Of a stretch of 64,000 bases of DNA, positions 29,544 to 38,060 are shown piece after piece. The position numbers were made by a program, and so were the translations under genes. The notes under the pieces are model-generated. The model saw only the letters and a list, made by a program, of their open reading frames with translations. It was not told where the DNA came from and ran no database searches. Source of the DNA: Methanoculleus sp. (GTDB taxonomy: Archaea; Halobacteriota; Methanomicrobia; Methanomicrobiales; Methanomicrobiaceae); contig DSDF01000045.1 of assembly GCA_011048835.1 (NCBI GenBank), positions 3,565 through 67,564 of the forward strand. Direction: 5' to 3'. Within the stretch, counting starts at the first letter, position 1; the number at the start of each line of letters is the position of its first letter.

Positions 29544-29550
29544 CTAAAAG

Positions 29551-30297
29551 ATGCGAGCTGGTCTGATGTTACGAATCGAGGATCTTCACGTGGAAATTGG
29601 GGGCAAGGAGGTGCTCCACGACATCAACCTCCACATCGGCGAGGGAGAGACCCACGTGCTCATGGGGCCGAACGGCTCCGGAAAAACCACCCTTATCCGG
29701 ACGATCATGGGGTTTGGCGATTACCATGTCACCCGGGGAGCCATTCTGTACAGGGGCAGGGATATCACCAACCTCCCCATTCACGAACGGGCACGCTACG
29801 GGATAGGGCTCATGTTCCAGCGCCCTCCGACGATCGCCGGTCTCAAGCTCGGAAAAATGCTGGTCGCCACGTCCGGGAACCGGCCCGAAGAGGTTGCCGA
29901 ATACGCCGCAGCCATGAACATGGCGGAGTTTCTCGACCGTGACATCAACGCTGGATTCTCGGGCGGCGAGATCAAGCGCAGCGAGGTGCTCCAGCTCATG
30001 ATCCAGCAGCCCGATTTCGTGATGCTGGATGAGCCCGAAAGCGGGGTCGATCTGGAAAACATCTCTCTCATCGGGTCGGCTATCGCCAAACTCCTCGAAA
30101 AGGACCGCCATATCGTCAGCCGTCATAAAAGCGGCCTTATCATCACCCATACCGGCTACATCCTCGACTATATCGAGACCGATGGCGGGCACATGCTGTG
30201 CGACGGGGAGATCCGGTGCCACGGGAACGCGCGGGAGATGCTCCAGCTGATCAAGGCAAAGGGGTACCGGGAGTGCATCGAATGCAAAAAAATATAG
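29551..30297 (+). CDS. sufC: Fe-S cluster assembly ATPase SufC
   Basis: Walker A GPNGSGKTTL, ABC signature FSGGEIKRSEVLQL, Walker B FVMLDEPESGVD. The start may be M6 at 29566. Confidence 0.9.
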   Translation: MRAGLMLRIEDLHVEIGGKEVLHDINLHIGEGETHVLMGPNGSGKTTLIRTIMGFGDYHVTRGAILYRGRDITNLPIHERARYGIGLMFQRPPTIAGLKLGKMLVATSGNRPEEVAEYAAAMNMAEFLDRDINAGFSGGEIKRSEVLQLMIQQPDFVMLDEPESGVDLENISLIGSAIAKLLEKDRHIVSRHKSGLIITHTGYILDYIETDGGHMLCDGEIRCHGNAREMLQLIKAKGYRECIECKKI

Positions 30298-31394
30298 AGG
30301 AACTGGAGTCACTGTCCGCCGAGGATAAAAAGCGCCTCGCGATTACCGGTCTTGAAGTGGATTCCCTCAACAGGTGCGGCAGCTTCTTCCAGATCGACCA
30401 GGAAATTGTCTATTCGTCATGCGAATACGAGGGTATCGAGATACTCACACTTGAAGGGGCGCTGGCAAAGTACGCATGGATGGAGCAGTATTACTGGAAG
30501 CTCGTGGAGAAGGACAGGGACGAGTACACGCGCTATGTTGCAGACCAGTCGCATCCCAAGGGATACGTGGTCATCGCGAAGAAGGGCAGCAAAAATATCC
30601 TTCCCCTGCAGACCTGCCTGTTCCTCGCCCACGAATCGATCCAGCATGTCCACAATATCATCATCGCCGAAGAAGGCGCCGAACTTCACCTGATCAGCGG
30701 GTGCGCGAGCAGTGCGAGCACGGAGCATGGCGCGCACTACGGGGTCACCGAATTTTACGTGGGCAGGAACGCCCGGATCAGCACGACCATGATCCACACG
30801 TGGGGCAGGGAGATCGAGGTCTATCCGCGCAGCGCGGCGAGGGTCGAGGAGAACGGCACCTTTCTCTCCAATTATGTCGCCATGAGCCCGGTGAAGAACG
30901 TGCAGATGTACCCCGTTGCCGAGCTCGTGGGAGAAGGGGCAGTTGCACGGTTCAACAGCGTGGTCGTTGCCTTGCCGGGCTCCTGTCTCGACCTCGGGTC
31001 GCGGGCGATCCTCTCGGCGAAGGATACCAGCGCAGAGCTGATCTCGCGCGCCATCACCCGGGGCGGGACGGTGATCGCCCGCGCCCACATCCTCGGCGAG
31101 GTGGAGGATACAAAGGGCCATATCGAGTGCAAGGGCCTCATCCTCGAGGACGGGATCATCCACGCCATCCCGGAGATCGAGGGGTGGGTGACCGGCACCG
31201 AGCTCTCCCATGAAGCCGCTGTGGGGAAGATCGCCCGCGAGGAGATCGAATACCTGATGTCGCGCGGGCTGGACGAGGATGAAGCCACCGCCACCATCAT
31301 CAGGGGCTTTCTCGATGTGAAGATCGAGGGCCTTCCCGACATGCTCCAGAAGCAGATCGACGCTGCAATTGATGCCGCTGAATCAGGGTTCTGA
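30282..31394 (+). CDS. sufB: Fe-S cluster assembly scaffold, SufB/SufD family
   Basis: From the ATG at 30282 the product is about 370 aa with the beta-helix-type SufBD core (HNIIIAEEGAELHLISGC...TMIHTW...HEAAVGKI). It overlaps the sufC 3' end by 16 nt. Confidence 0.8.
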   Translation: MQKNIEELESLSAEDKKRLAITGLEVDSLNRCGSFFQIDQEIVYSSCEYEGIEILTLEGALAKYAWMEQYYWKLVEKDRDEYTRYVADQSHPKGYVVIAKKGSKNILPLQTCLFLAHESIQHVHNIIIAEEGAELHLISGCASSASTEHGAHYGVTEFYVGRNARISTTMIHTWGREIEVYPRSAARVEENGTFLSNYVAMSPVKNVQMYPVAELVGEGAVARFNSVVVALPGSCLDLGSRAILSAKDTSAELISRAITRGGTVIARAHILGEVEDTKGHIECKGLILEDGIIHAIPEIEGWVTGTELSHEAAVGKIAREEIEYLMSRGLDEDEATATIIRGFLDVKIEGLPDMLQKQIDAAIDAAESGF

Positions 31395-31400
31395 TGTGCA

Positions 31401-32051
31401 ATGGATGAGGAAGAGTATACCCGGGCCCGCCGGAGGATGGTGGAGCGCCAGATCGAGGCGCGCGGGATCAGTGATCCGCGTATCCTGAAGGCGATGGAAG
31501 AGATCCCCCGTCATCTCTTTGTGCCGGAGACCTACCGTTCCGCAGCCTACGATGACGGCCCCCTCCCCATCGGGCACGGGCAGACCATCTCTCAGCCCTA
31601 TATAGTCGCCCTGATGACCGATATGCTGGATATCGGTCCGGATGACCGGGTGCTGGAGATCGGGGCGGGGAGCGGCTACCAGGCGGCAATTCTCGGGCGG
31701 CTTGCCCGGGAGGTGGTCACCGTCGAGCGCCTCCCCGACATCGCCGCCCTCGCGCGCCGGAACCTCGGGACGGTCGGGGTGTCGAATGTCATGGTCGTGG
31801 AGGGAAACGGCACGCTCGGGTATGCGGATCGTGCGCCCTACCAGGGGATTATCGTCACCGCGGCAGCGCCCGATGTGCCCCGGCCGCTCATCGACCAGCT
31901 GGCCGAAGGGGGGCGTCTCGTCGCTCCCGTGGGCAGCAAAGGACTGCAGGTGCTGGAAAAAGTGGTGAAAAAAGATGGCCGGATTATCAGGACATCCCAC
32001 GGCGGGGTGATGTTCGTCCCCCTCATCGGTGACCATGGGTGGGAGGAGTGA
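31401..32051 (+). CDS. pcm: Protein-L-isoaspartate O-methyltransferase
   Basis: GHGQTISQPYIVALM and VLEIGAGSGYQAAIL (SAM motif I). Confidence 0.9.
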   Translation: MDEEEYTRARRRMVERQIEARGISDPRILKAMEEIPRHLFVPETYRSAAYDDGPLPIGHGQTISQPYIVALMTDMLDIGPDDRVLEIGAGSGYQAAILGRLAREVVTVERLPDIAALARRNLGTVGVSNVMVVEGNGTLGYADRAPYQGIIVTAAAPDVPRPLIDQLAEGGRLVAPVGSKGLQVLEKVVKKDGRIIRTSHGGVMFVPLIGDHGWEE

Positions 32052-32203
32052 CCGGGGGTGCCGCGTGATGCCGCGTCGTTTCCTGATGGAGGTGTGTCTG
32101 CCGGTATCCCCCGCCGCTGCAGAGGCAAAGGGATATTTATCACCCCGTTGAAATATTTTTTAGCGGATTTTTTGCTGGAGGGACCACGATTATTCATGTA
32201 CTG

Positions 32204-32959
32204 ATGGTTGACGATGAGGAGGTGCTGCTCGTCGTCGCCAAGGTGTTTCTGGAACGTTCCGGTGATATGAAAGTAGATACCGTCCAGTCGGCCGCCGAAG
32301 CGATGAGAAAACTCGATCATGCCTCGTACGACGTCATCATCGCCGATTACGAGATGCCCCGGATGGACGGGATCACCTTCCTCAAAGCGGTGCGCGCCAG
32401 GTATCCCAGCATCCCGTTCGGGATTTTTACCGGGAAGGGACGAGAATGGGTGGTAATCGAAGCGCTGAACAGCGGTGCCGATTTTTATCTGAAAAAGGGC
32501 GGCGATCCCAAGGCCGAGTTTGCGGAACTGATGCATAAAATCCGCCGAGCCGTCGAGCGGAAAGACACCCTCGAGCAGCTGAAGGGCATCCAGGAACGGA
32601 TGGAATTTGCCGAAACCATTGTAGAAACACTGCAGATCCCCCTGTTCGTCGTAAACGAGGCCATGCAGCTGGTCCGGGCGAACCGCGCCTTCTACCAGGC
32701 GCTTGATATCGCCCCGGAAAAAGCGCAGGGAGAAATTATTTTCGACATTGGAGATGGTGTGTGGAATATCCCGGAACTCCGAGAGCTGCTTGAGGCGATA
32801 CTGGAGGAGGAGGCCGAGTGCCAGGCGGTGAATATCACTTCGAGCATCGATGGGATGAGCAGGAGCCTGCGCCTGACCGGCTGGGAGCTCGAGCAGGATC
32901 CCGGGAAAGATCGCTGCGTGCTGGTCGCCGTTCAGGACGTGCCCATCTCTTCATTATGA
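32204..32959 (+). CDS. Response regulator: CheY-like receiver fused to a PAS-like domain, no DNA-binding output
   Basis: An acidic pocket DDEE, phospho-acceptor context DVIIADYEMPRMDG, FTGKG and YLKKG are followed by a PAS-like C-terminal half (IPLFVVNEAMQLVRANRAFYQALDI). Confidence 0.75.
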   Translation: MVDDEEVLLVVAKVFLERSGDMKVDTVQSAAEAMRKLDHASYDVIIADYEMPRMDGITFLKAVRARYPSIPFGIFTGKGREWVVIEALNSGADFYLKKGGDPKAEFAELMHKIRRAVERKDTLEQLKGIQERMEFAETIVETLQIPLFVVNEAMQLVRANRAFYQALDIAPEKAQGEIIFDIGDGVWNIPELRELLEAILEEEAECQAVNITSSIDGMSRSLRLTGWELEQDPGKDRCVLVAVQDVPISSL

Positions 32960-33076
32960 TCGTCACCTCGCCGGCCATTCTTCCGTCATGCACCCGGGTA
33001 TTCGTGCCGGACGGCACCGCCGGTGATCATTGTTATATCGCCTGAGGGCGACCACGCAAGAGGATTGTGGAACGAA

Positions 33077-33688
33077 ATGACCTATATCGATATTACCCGA
33101 GACCTCGGGGAGCACACGCCAATGTACCCGGGTGATACCCCGTTTTCCATGGAGCGCATCGACAAGGAGAATTACACCACGCATGCGCTGTCCCTCGGCA
33201 CCCATACCGGAACCCATATCGATGCCCCCGCCCATTTCATCGCGGGAGGGCGGACCGTGGATGCACTCGCTCTCTCCACGCTCATCGGGAATGCATGGGT
33301 GGCTGACCTCTCGGGCGAAGGGCCGGCGCTTCTGCCCCGCCATTTCGCCTCCTGCCCTGAGGGCATGGAAAGGGTGCTCGTGAAAACCTCGTTTTCCGGC
33401 CAGCAGGCCTTTTCTGCCGACTATCCCTCTCTCTCGCATGATGCGGCGGAGTACCTGGCATCCCGCGGAATCCTGCTGATCGGCGTCGACACCCCGTCGG
33501 TGGAGGCATTCTCGGGCGATGGATCGCTCCACCGCTTCCTCCTCGGACGCAACATCATCGTGATTGAACTGCTGGACCTCTCGGCAGTACAGGAGGGACA
33601 GTACTGCATGATCGCGCTTCCCCTCCGCCTTGCCGGGCTCGACGGGGCTCCCGCCCGGGTGGTGCTTCGCGCAGGGAGTGGTGGGTAA
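33077..33688 (+). CDS. Cyclase / kynurenine-formamidase family metallohydrolase
   Basis: SLGTHTGTHIDAPAHF (HxGTHxDxPxH motif). The start is placed at MTYIDITRDL. Confidence 0.75.
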   Translation: MTYIDITRDLGEHTPMYPGDTPFSMERIDKENYTTHALSLGTHTGTHIDAPAHFIAGGRTVDALALSTLIGNAWVADLSGEGPALLPRHFASCPEGMERVLVKTSFSGQQAFSADYPSLSHDAAEYLASRGILLIGVDTPSVEAFSGDGSLHRFLLGRNIIVIELLDLSAVQEGQYCMIALPLRLAGLDGAPARVVLRAGSGG

Positions 33689-34297
33689 ATGACGGTGATG
33701 GAAGAGGCCCGGGACGCGTTTCAACAATCCGTATGCGGCACCGGGTGCGATGACGGGATGGTTGTCCTGCGACGCTGCCCGGACGCCCCGACCTGCCAGT
33801 ACCAGCAGGGGGCCTGTATCGAGGCGGTCTATGGCGGAAAGAACGCCCAGGTCGCTTCAAATTATCCTATTTCCGCCTCGACCAGGGTTTCGTTTCTCTT
33901 CGGGGCGCAGTTCGACAGCCCGCAGAAGAGAACGGCGGCAGCCGCCATCATGAACGTAGTGATGAATTTTCTCTGCCTTGCGAGAATATCCCGGTCCTGC
34001 CTTCCGGCATCGTTCGATCCCTGCCGGTCGTACCTTGAGGACGAGCTTCGGGGGATGCGGGTATTCTGTTCGGGGTTTCGTGACAGGCCAACCGGCACAC
34101 TCGGCCTCGACGTGGTGGATGACCCCGAACACGCCGATGTCCTGTTAATCTCCGGCAACGGGGTGTTCTCCGGGCAGGGTCTTGCTATTCTCGAGCGCTA
34201 CCGTACAAACCGCAGGATCATCATGGTCGGGCCGGAGACGGCAGCGGCTGCAGCGCTCCTCAAAATCGAGCACTGGTGCCCCTTTGGCCGCCAGTGA
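33689..34297 (+). CDS. Cys-rich hypothetical protein with a Rossmann-like C-terminal half
   Basis: The ORF directly abuts the cyclase stop. No family was recognised with certainty. Multiple Cys residues are present (CGTGC, CPDAPTCQYQQGAC, WCPFG). Confidence 0.5.
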   Translation: MTVMEEARDAFQQSVCGTGCDDGMVVLRRCPDAPTCQYQQGACIEAVYGGKNAQVASNYPISASTRVSFLFGAQFDSPQKRTAAAAIMNVVMNFLCLARISRSCLPASFDPCRSYLEDELRGMRVFCSGFRDRPTGTLGLDVVDDPEHADVLLISGNGVFSGQGLAILERYRTNRRIIMVGPETAAAAALLKIEHWCPFGRQ

Positions 34298-34430
34298 AAT
34301 GGGGATTGCCCTCCCCATGTACGTACCCTGCGGGTTTCTTCGGTAGCCGGCATAAAAAAATCGTGCGCAACCGGGGATGGCGGTGTCTCGCGGGGATCAT
34401 TTATTTCTTCATCCTGAGAGATGTTCATCT

Positions 34431-35675
34431 ATGCTCTTCGGCTCATCCGGGATACGCGCACTGTACGACCGATCGCTTCTGGATCGTGCGCTTGCGGTCG
34501 GATCAGCAGTCGGCATGCGGGCCGGACGGGTCGTTCTGGGCAGGGATACCCGCACGACGGGCCCAATCCTCGCGCATGCCTTTTCTGCAGGCGTCCTTTC
34601 CTCAGGGGGGGATGTGCTTGACGGTACTATCGCACCCACGCCCACGGTCGCCTTCGCGACCCGCCATGCCGGTGCCGGCTGCACGATCACCGCATCGCAT
34701 AATCCCGAACCCTATAACGGGATGAAGCTCGTCAACCCCGATGGTTCCGCATTCACCAGAGCGCAGCAGGTTAGTGTCGAGCGGGAGATAGCAGAGCGGC
34801 ACTGGCAGGACTGGAAATCGCAGGGACGCTTCGCTGCAGCAGACATCATCTCCCCTCACCGGGAATCGATACTGCGTTCCGTCGCTCCTGAAGGAGAATT
34901 GTCGGTGGTCCTCGACTGCGGCAACGGTGCGGGGAGCAGGATCACCCCCGATCTGCTCGGTGCGGCCGGGATCCGGGTGTTCTGCCTGAATTGCAATATC
35001 AACGGAACATTCGCCCGCCCTTCCGAGCCGCTGGAGACAAACCTCCCCTATATCGGCGAGATGATCCGGGCATGCAATGCAGCTGCGGGCATCGTCCATG
35101 ATGGCGATGCAGACCGCATGATGGCGTTCGACGGGCGGGGACGGTTTATAAGCGGCGACCACCTGCTGATGCTGTTCGCCCGCTACCTTGGCGCACAACG
35201 CGTGGTGACCACGGTCGATGCCTCGATGGCCATCGACGAGATTGCGGAGGTGCAGCGCACCCCGGTGGGTGACAGTTACGTCTCCGAGCATCTCCTTTCC
35301 TGGGGTGATTTCGGCGGCGAACCCTCGGGAAGCTGGATTTTCCCGGATCACACGCTGTGCCCGGACGGCATCTATGCGGCAGCCCTTTTCGCCCGGATCG
35401 CCTCCGAGTGGGATGTCGCCGCAGAAGTCGATGCCATGCCGCGATACCCGATCGTCCGTACCTCCTTTCCTGTCGCAGACCCGCACACCCTCCTTCGCCA
35501 GCTGGGGGCCGAGGTGCCGACCGACGGGATCCGCATCGAGGAGGAGGACGGATGGTGCCTTATTCGGGCGAGCGGCACCGAGCCCAAGGTCCGTATCACC
35601 GCAGAGGGGAAGACAAAGGCGATCGCCGAGACGATGGCGGATAGAGGCCATACAATGGTGAAACAAGTGCAATAA
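34431..35675 (+). CDS. glmM: Phosphoglucosamine/phosphohexose mutase
   Basis: MLFGSSGIRA and the active-site loop TASHNPEPYNGMK; metal loop VHDGDADR. Confidence 0.85.
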   Translation: MLFGSSGIRALYDRSLLDRALAVGSAVGMRAGRVVLGRDTRTTGPILAHAFSAGVLSSGGDVLDGTIAPTPTVAFATRHAGAGCTITASHNPEPYNGMKLVNPDGSAFTRAQQVSVEREIAERHWQDWKSQGRFAAADIISPHRESILRSVAPEGELSVVLDCGNGAGSRITPDLLGAAGIRVFCLNCNINGTFARPSEPLETNLPYIGEMIRACNAAAGIVHDGDADRMMAFDGRGRFISGDHLLMLFARYLGAQRVVTTVDASMAIDEIAEVQRTPVGDSYVSEHLLSWGDFGGEPSGSWIFPDHTLCPDGIYAAALFARIASEWDVAAEVDAMPRYPIVRTSFPVADPHTLLRQLGAEVPTDGIRIEEEDGWCLIRASGTEPKVRITAEGKTKAIAETMADRGHTMVKQVQ

Positions 35676-35689
35676 TCCTGTGGAGCGCA

Positions 35690-36895
35690 ATGACAATGCA
35701 GTGTGTGATACTTGCAGCAGGCGAGGGCAAACGGATGCGGCCCCTGACCGCGTCACGGCCCAAGGTAATGCTTCCCGTGGCGAACAGGCCGATGATCGAG
35801 CACCTCATCATCGCCGCGCGGGAATGCGGGATTGAGGATTTCATTCTCGTCGTGGGATACGGCGAACAGGAGATCAGGAAGTACTTCGGCGACGGGGCGT
35901 CAAAGGATGTGTCCATCCATTACGTCACCCAGCGCCAGCAGCTCGGCACCGCGGACGCACTCCGGGCTGCCGAGCCCCTCATCCGGGGACGGTTCCTGCT
36001 CATGAACGGGGACATGATCCTCAAAGCCGGGGATATCAAGGCAATCTGTGACCGAAATGCCCCCTGCGTGGGAATTTTCCCTGGCACCCATCCCGAGCGG
36101 TTCGGCGTGGTTACGGTGGATGGAGACCGCGTGACAGGACTCGTGGAAAAATCATCGAAACCGCCGAGCAATCTCATCAACGCAGGCGTCTATCTCTTCG
36201 AAAAGAGCATCTTCGACCTCCTCCCGGGGCTGAAGATCTCGGAGCGCGGTGAATACGAGCTCACCGACGCCCTCTTCCAGTATATCGAGGACGGGGGGCT
36301 GGCCGCGCACCGGTTGTCGTTCTGGCTGGATATCGGCGCCCCCTGGAATCTCATCGATGCAAACGAGGTGATGATGAAGGACCTGCAAACCGATGTTCTG
36401 GGTGAGATTGAAGAGGGCGTATTTATTTCAGGTCCGGTTTCCCTCGGAAAGGGGAGCGTTATCAAATCGGGCACCTGCATCGAAGGGCCCTGCACGATAG
36501 GTGAAGACTGTAGGATCGGGCCCCACGCATATCTCAGGGGGTCGACGGCAATCGGGAGCGGCTGCCACATCGGCCACTCCACGGAGATTAAAAATTCCGT
36601 CATCCTCTCGGGAACAAAGATCCCTCATTTCAACTATATCGGGGACTCCGTGATCGGCAGCGGCTGCAATTTCGGGGCGGGAACAAAAATCGCCAACCTG
36701 AGGCACGACCATACTATTATAAAATCCGGTGGATATATTACGGGGAGAAAAAAATTCGGTGCAGTAATTGGCGACAATGTGCAGTTCGGCATCAACTGCT
36801 CAATCAACGTGGGCTGTGTGGTGGGGAGCGGGGTGAAGGTGGCCCCCCACCAGCATATCCACGGAACCATCGCAGACAACACGACAATCCGGTAA
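35690..36895 (+). CDS. glmU: Bifunctional sugar-1-phosphate nucleotidyltransferase / left-handed beta-helix acetyltransferase (archaeal GlmU-like), copy 1
   Basis: N-terminal ILAAGEGKRMRPLTASRPKVMLPV (NTP-transferase G-loop). The C-terminus has hexapeptide repeats (IGSGCHIGHSTEIKNSVI...IGSGCNFGAGTKI). Confidence 0.8.
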   Translation: MTMQCVILAAGEGKRMRPLTASRPKVMLPVANRPMIEHLIIAARECGIEDFILVVGYGEQEIRKYFGDGASKDVSIHYVTQRQQLGTADALRAAEPLIRGRFLLMNGDMILKAGDIKAICDRNAPCVGIFPGTHPERFGVVTVDGDRVTGLVEKSSKPPSNLINAGVYLFEKSIFDLLPGLKISERGEYELTDALFQYIEDGGLAAHRLSFWLDIGAPWNLIDANEVMMKDLQTDVLGEIEEGVFISGPVSLGKGSVIKSGTCIEGPCTIGEDCRIGPHAYLRGSTAIGSGCHIGHSTEIKNSVILSGTKIPHFNYIGDSVIGSGCNFGAGTKIANLRHDHTIIKSGGYITGRKKFGAVIGDNVQFGINCSINVGCVVGSGVKVAPHQHIHGTIADNTTIR

Positions 36896-36904
36896 GGGAG
36901 AACC

Positions 36905-38059
36905 ATGCAGGCAGTAATTCTGGCAGGAGGCGAGGGATCGCGGCTTCGGCCGCTCACCCTGAGCAGACCGAAGGCAATGATTCCGCTGGCAAACCGGCCT
37001 ATCATCGACTATGTCATTCAGGCGCTGATTGAAAATGGCATACGAGACATCATCGTTGTCGTCGGGTACCGCAAGGAGCATGTCATCCGTCATCTCAACC
37101 GGTTTGATATACCGATACGCATTGTCGTGCAGAGAAAGCAGCTCGGTCCCGCCCATGCCCTCAGGTGCGCCGAGGCGGCGCTATCGGGTGACTTCATCCT
37201 GCTGCCCGGAGACAATTATATCGATGCTGCCTCGATCGGCAAAATAAAAAAAGAGCCCTCTTCACTGCTGATCAAGGAGCATCCATATCCCTCGAACTTT
37301 GGGGTTGTCTCAATCCGGGAGGGTTTCGTGACCGGCATTGTGGAAAAACCCGTCTACTCCCCCCGCGTTACCGTCAGCACAGGCATCTATCACCTGAAAC
37401 AGGACATTTTTTCATATCTCCTCGAGGGAGATGAGATTCCGGACGCCATTGTGTCGATGATTGCGGACGGGTACAAATTCCGGGCCGTTCCCGCTGACCA
37501 GTGGCACGACGCGGTCTATCCGTGGGATCTCCTCGGCATCAATTCGCGGGTCATGAAATCGGGTCCTCCCCTGAAAAGCGGAACTATCGATGGGATGTCG
37601 ACGATCCGGGGCACTGTCAGGGTTGGAGAGGGAACGGAGATCGGGCCGAACTCGACCATTCTCGGCCCGGTGATCATCGGCGAGAGCTGTGATATCGGTC
37701 CCAATACCTGCATCATGCCCAATACCAGCATCGGGTCGCGGGTGCATATCGAACCGTTCACCTTCCTCGAAAATTCGATTCTCATGGACGACGTAAGGAT
37801 CGGCTCCCATTCCCGCTGCGTTGATGCGGTGGTGGGAGAGGGGGCGAGGCTTGCCAACCAGACCACCATCAGAACGGGCAATTACCGTTTCGAAGTGGAC
37901 GGGAAGTTGCTCGGTGGGAAATTCGGGGCGATTCTTGGCGAACGGGTTACGTCTGCTCCCTTTACCGTGCTACACCATTGCATCGTGGGCAACTATGTGT
38001 CGATTGAAGAAGGACGAACGCTCTCGGGCACCATTCAGGATCATGTCGTGGTGAAGTAA
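36905..38059 (+). CDS. Sugar-1-phosphate nucleotidyltransferase / LbH-domain protein (GlmU-like), copy 2
   Basis: ILAGGEGSRLRPLTLSRPKAMIPL plus C-terminal hexapeptide repeats. It is a paralogue of the preceding gene. Confidence 0.75.
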   Translation: MQAVILAGGEGSRLRPLTLSRPKAMIPLANRPIIDYVIQALIENGIRDIIVVVGYRKEHVIRHLNRFDIPIRIVVQRKQLGPAHALRCAEAALSGDFILLPGDNYIDAASIGKIKKEPSSLLIKEHPYPSNFGVVSIREGFVTGIVEKPVYSPRVTVSTGIYHLKQDIFSYLLEGDEIPDAIVSMIADGYKFRAVPADQWHDAVYPWDLLGINSRVMKSGPPLKSGTIDGMSTIRGTVRVGEGTEIGPNSTILGPVIIGESCDIGPNTCIMPNTSIGSRVHIEPFTFLENSILMDDVRIGSHSRCVDAVVGEGARLANQTTIRTGNYRFEVDGKLLGGKFGAILGERVTSAPFTVLHHCIVGNYVSIEEGRTLSGTIQDHVVVK

Positions 38060-38060
38060 C

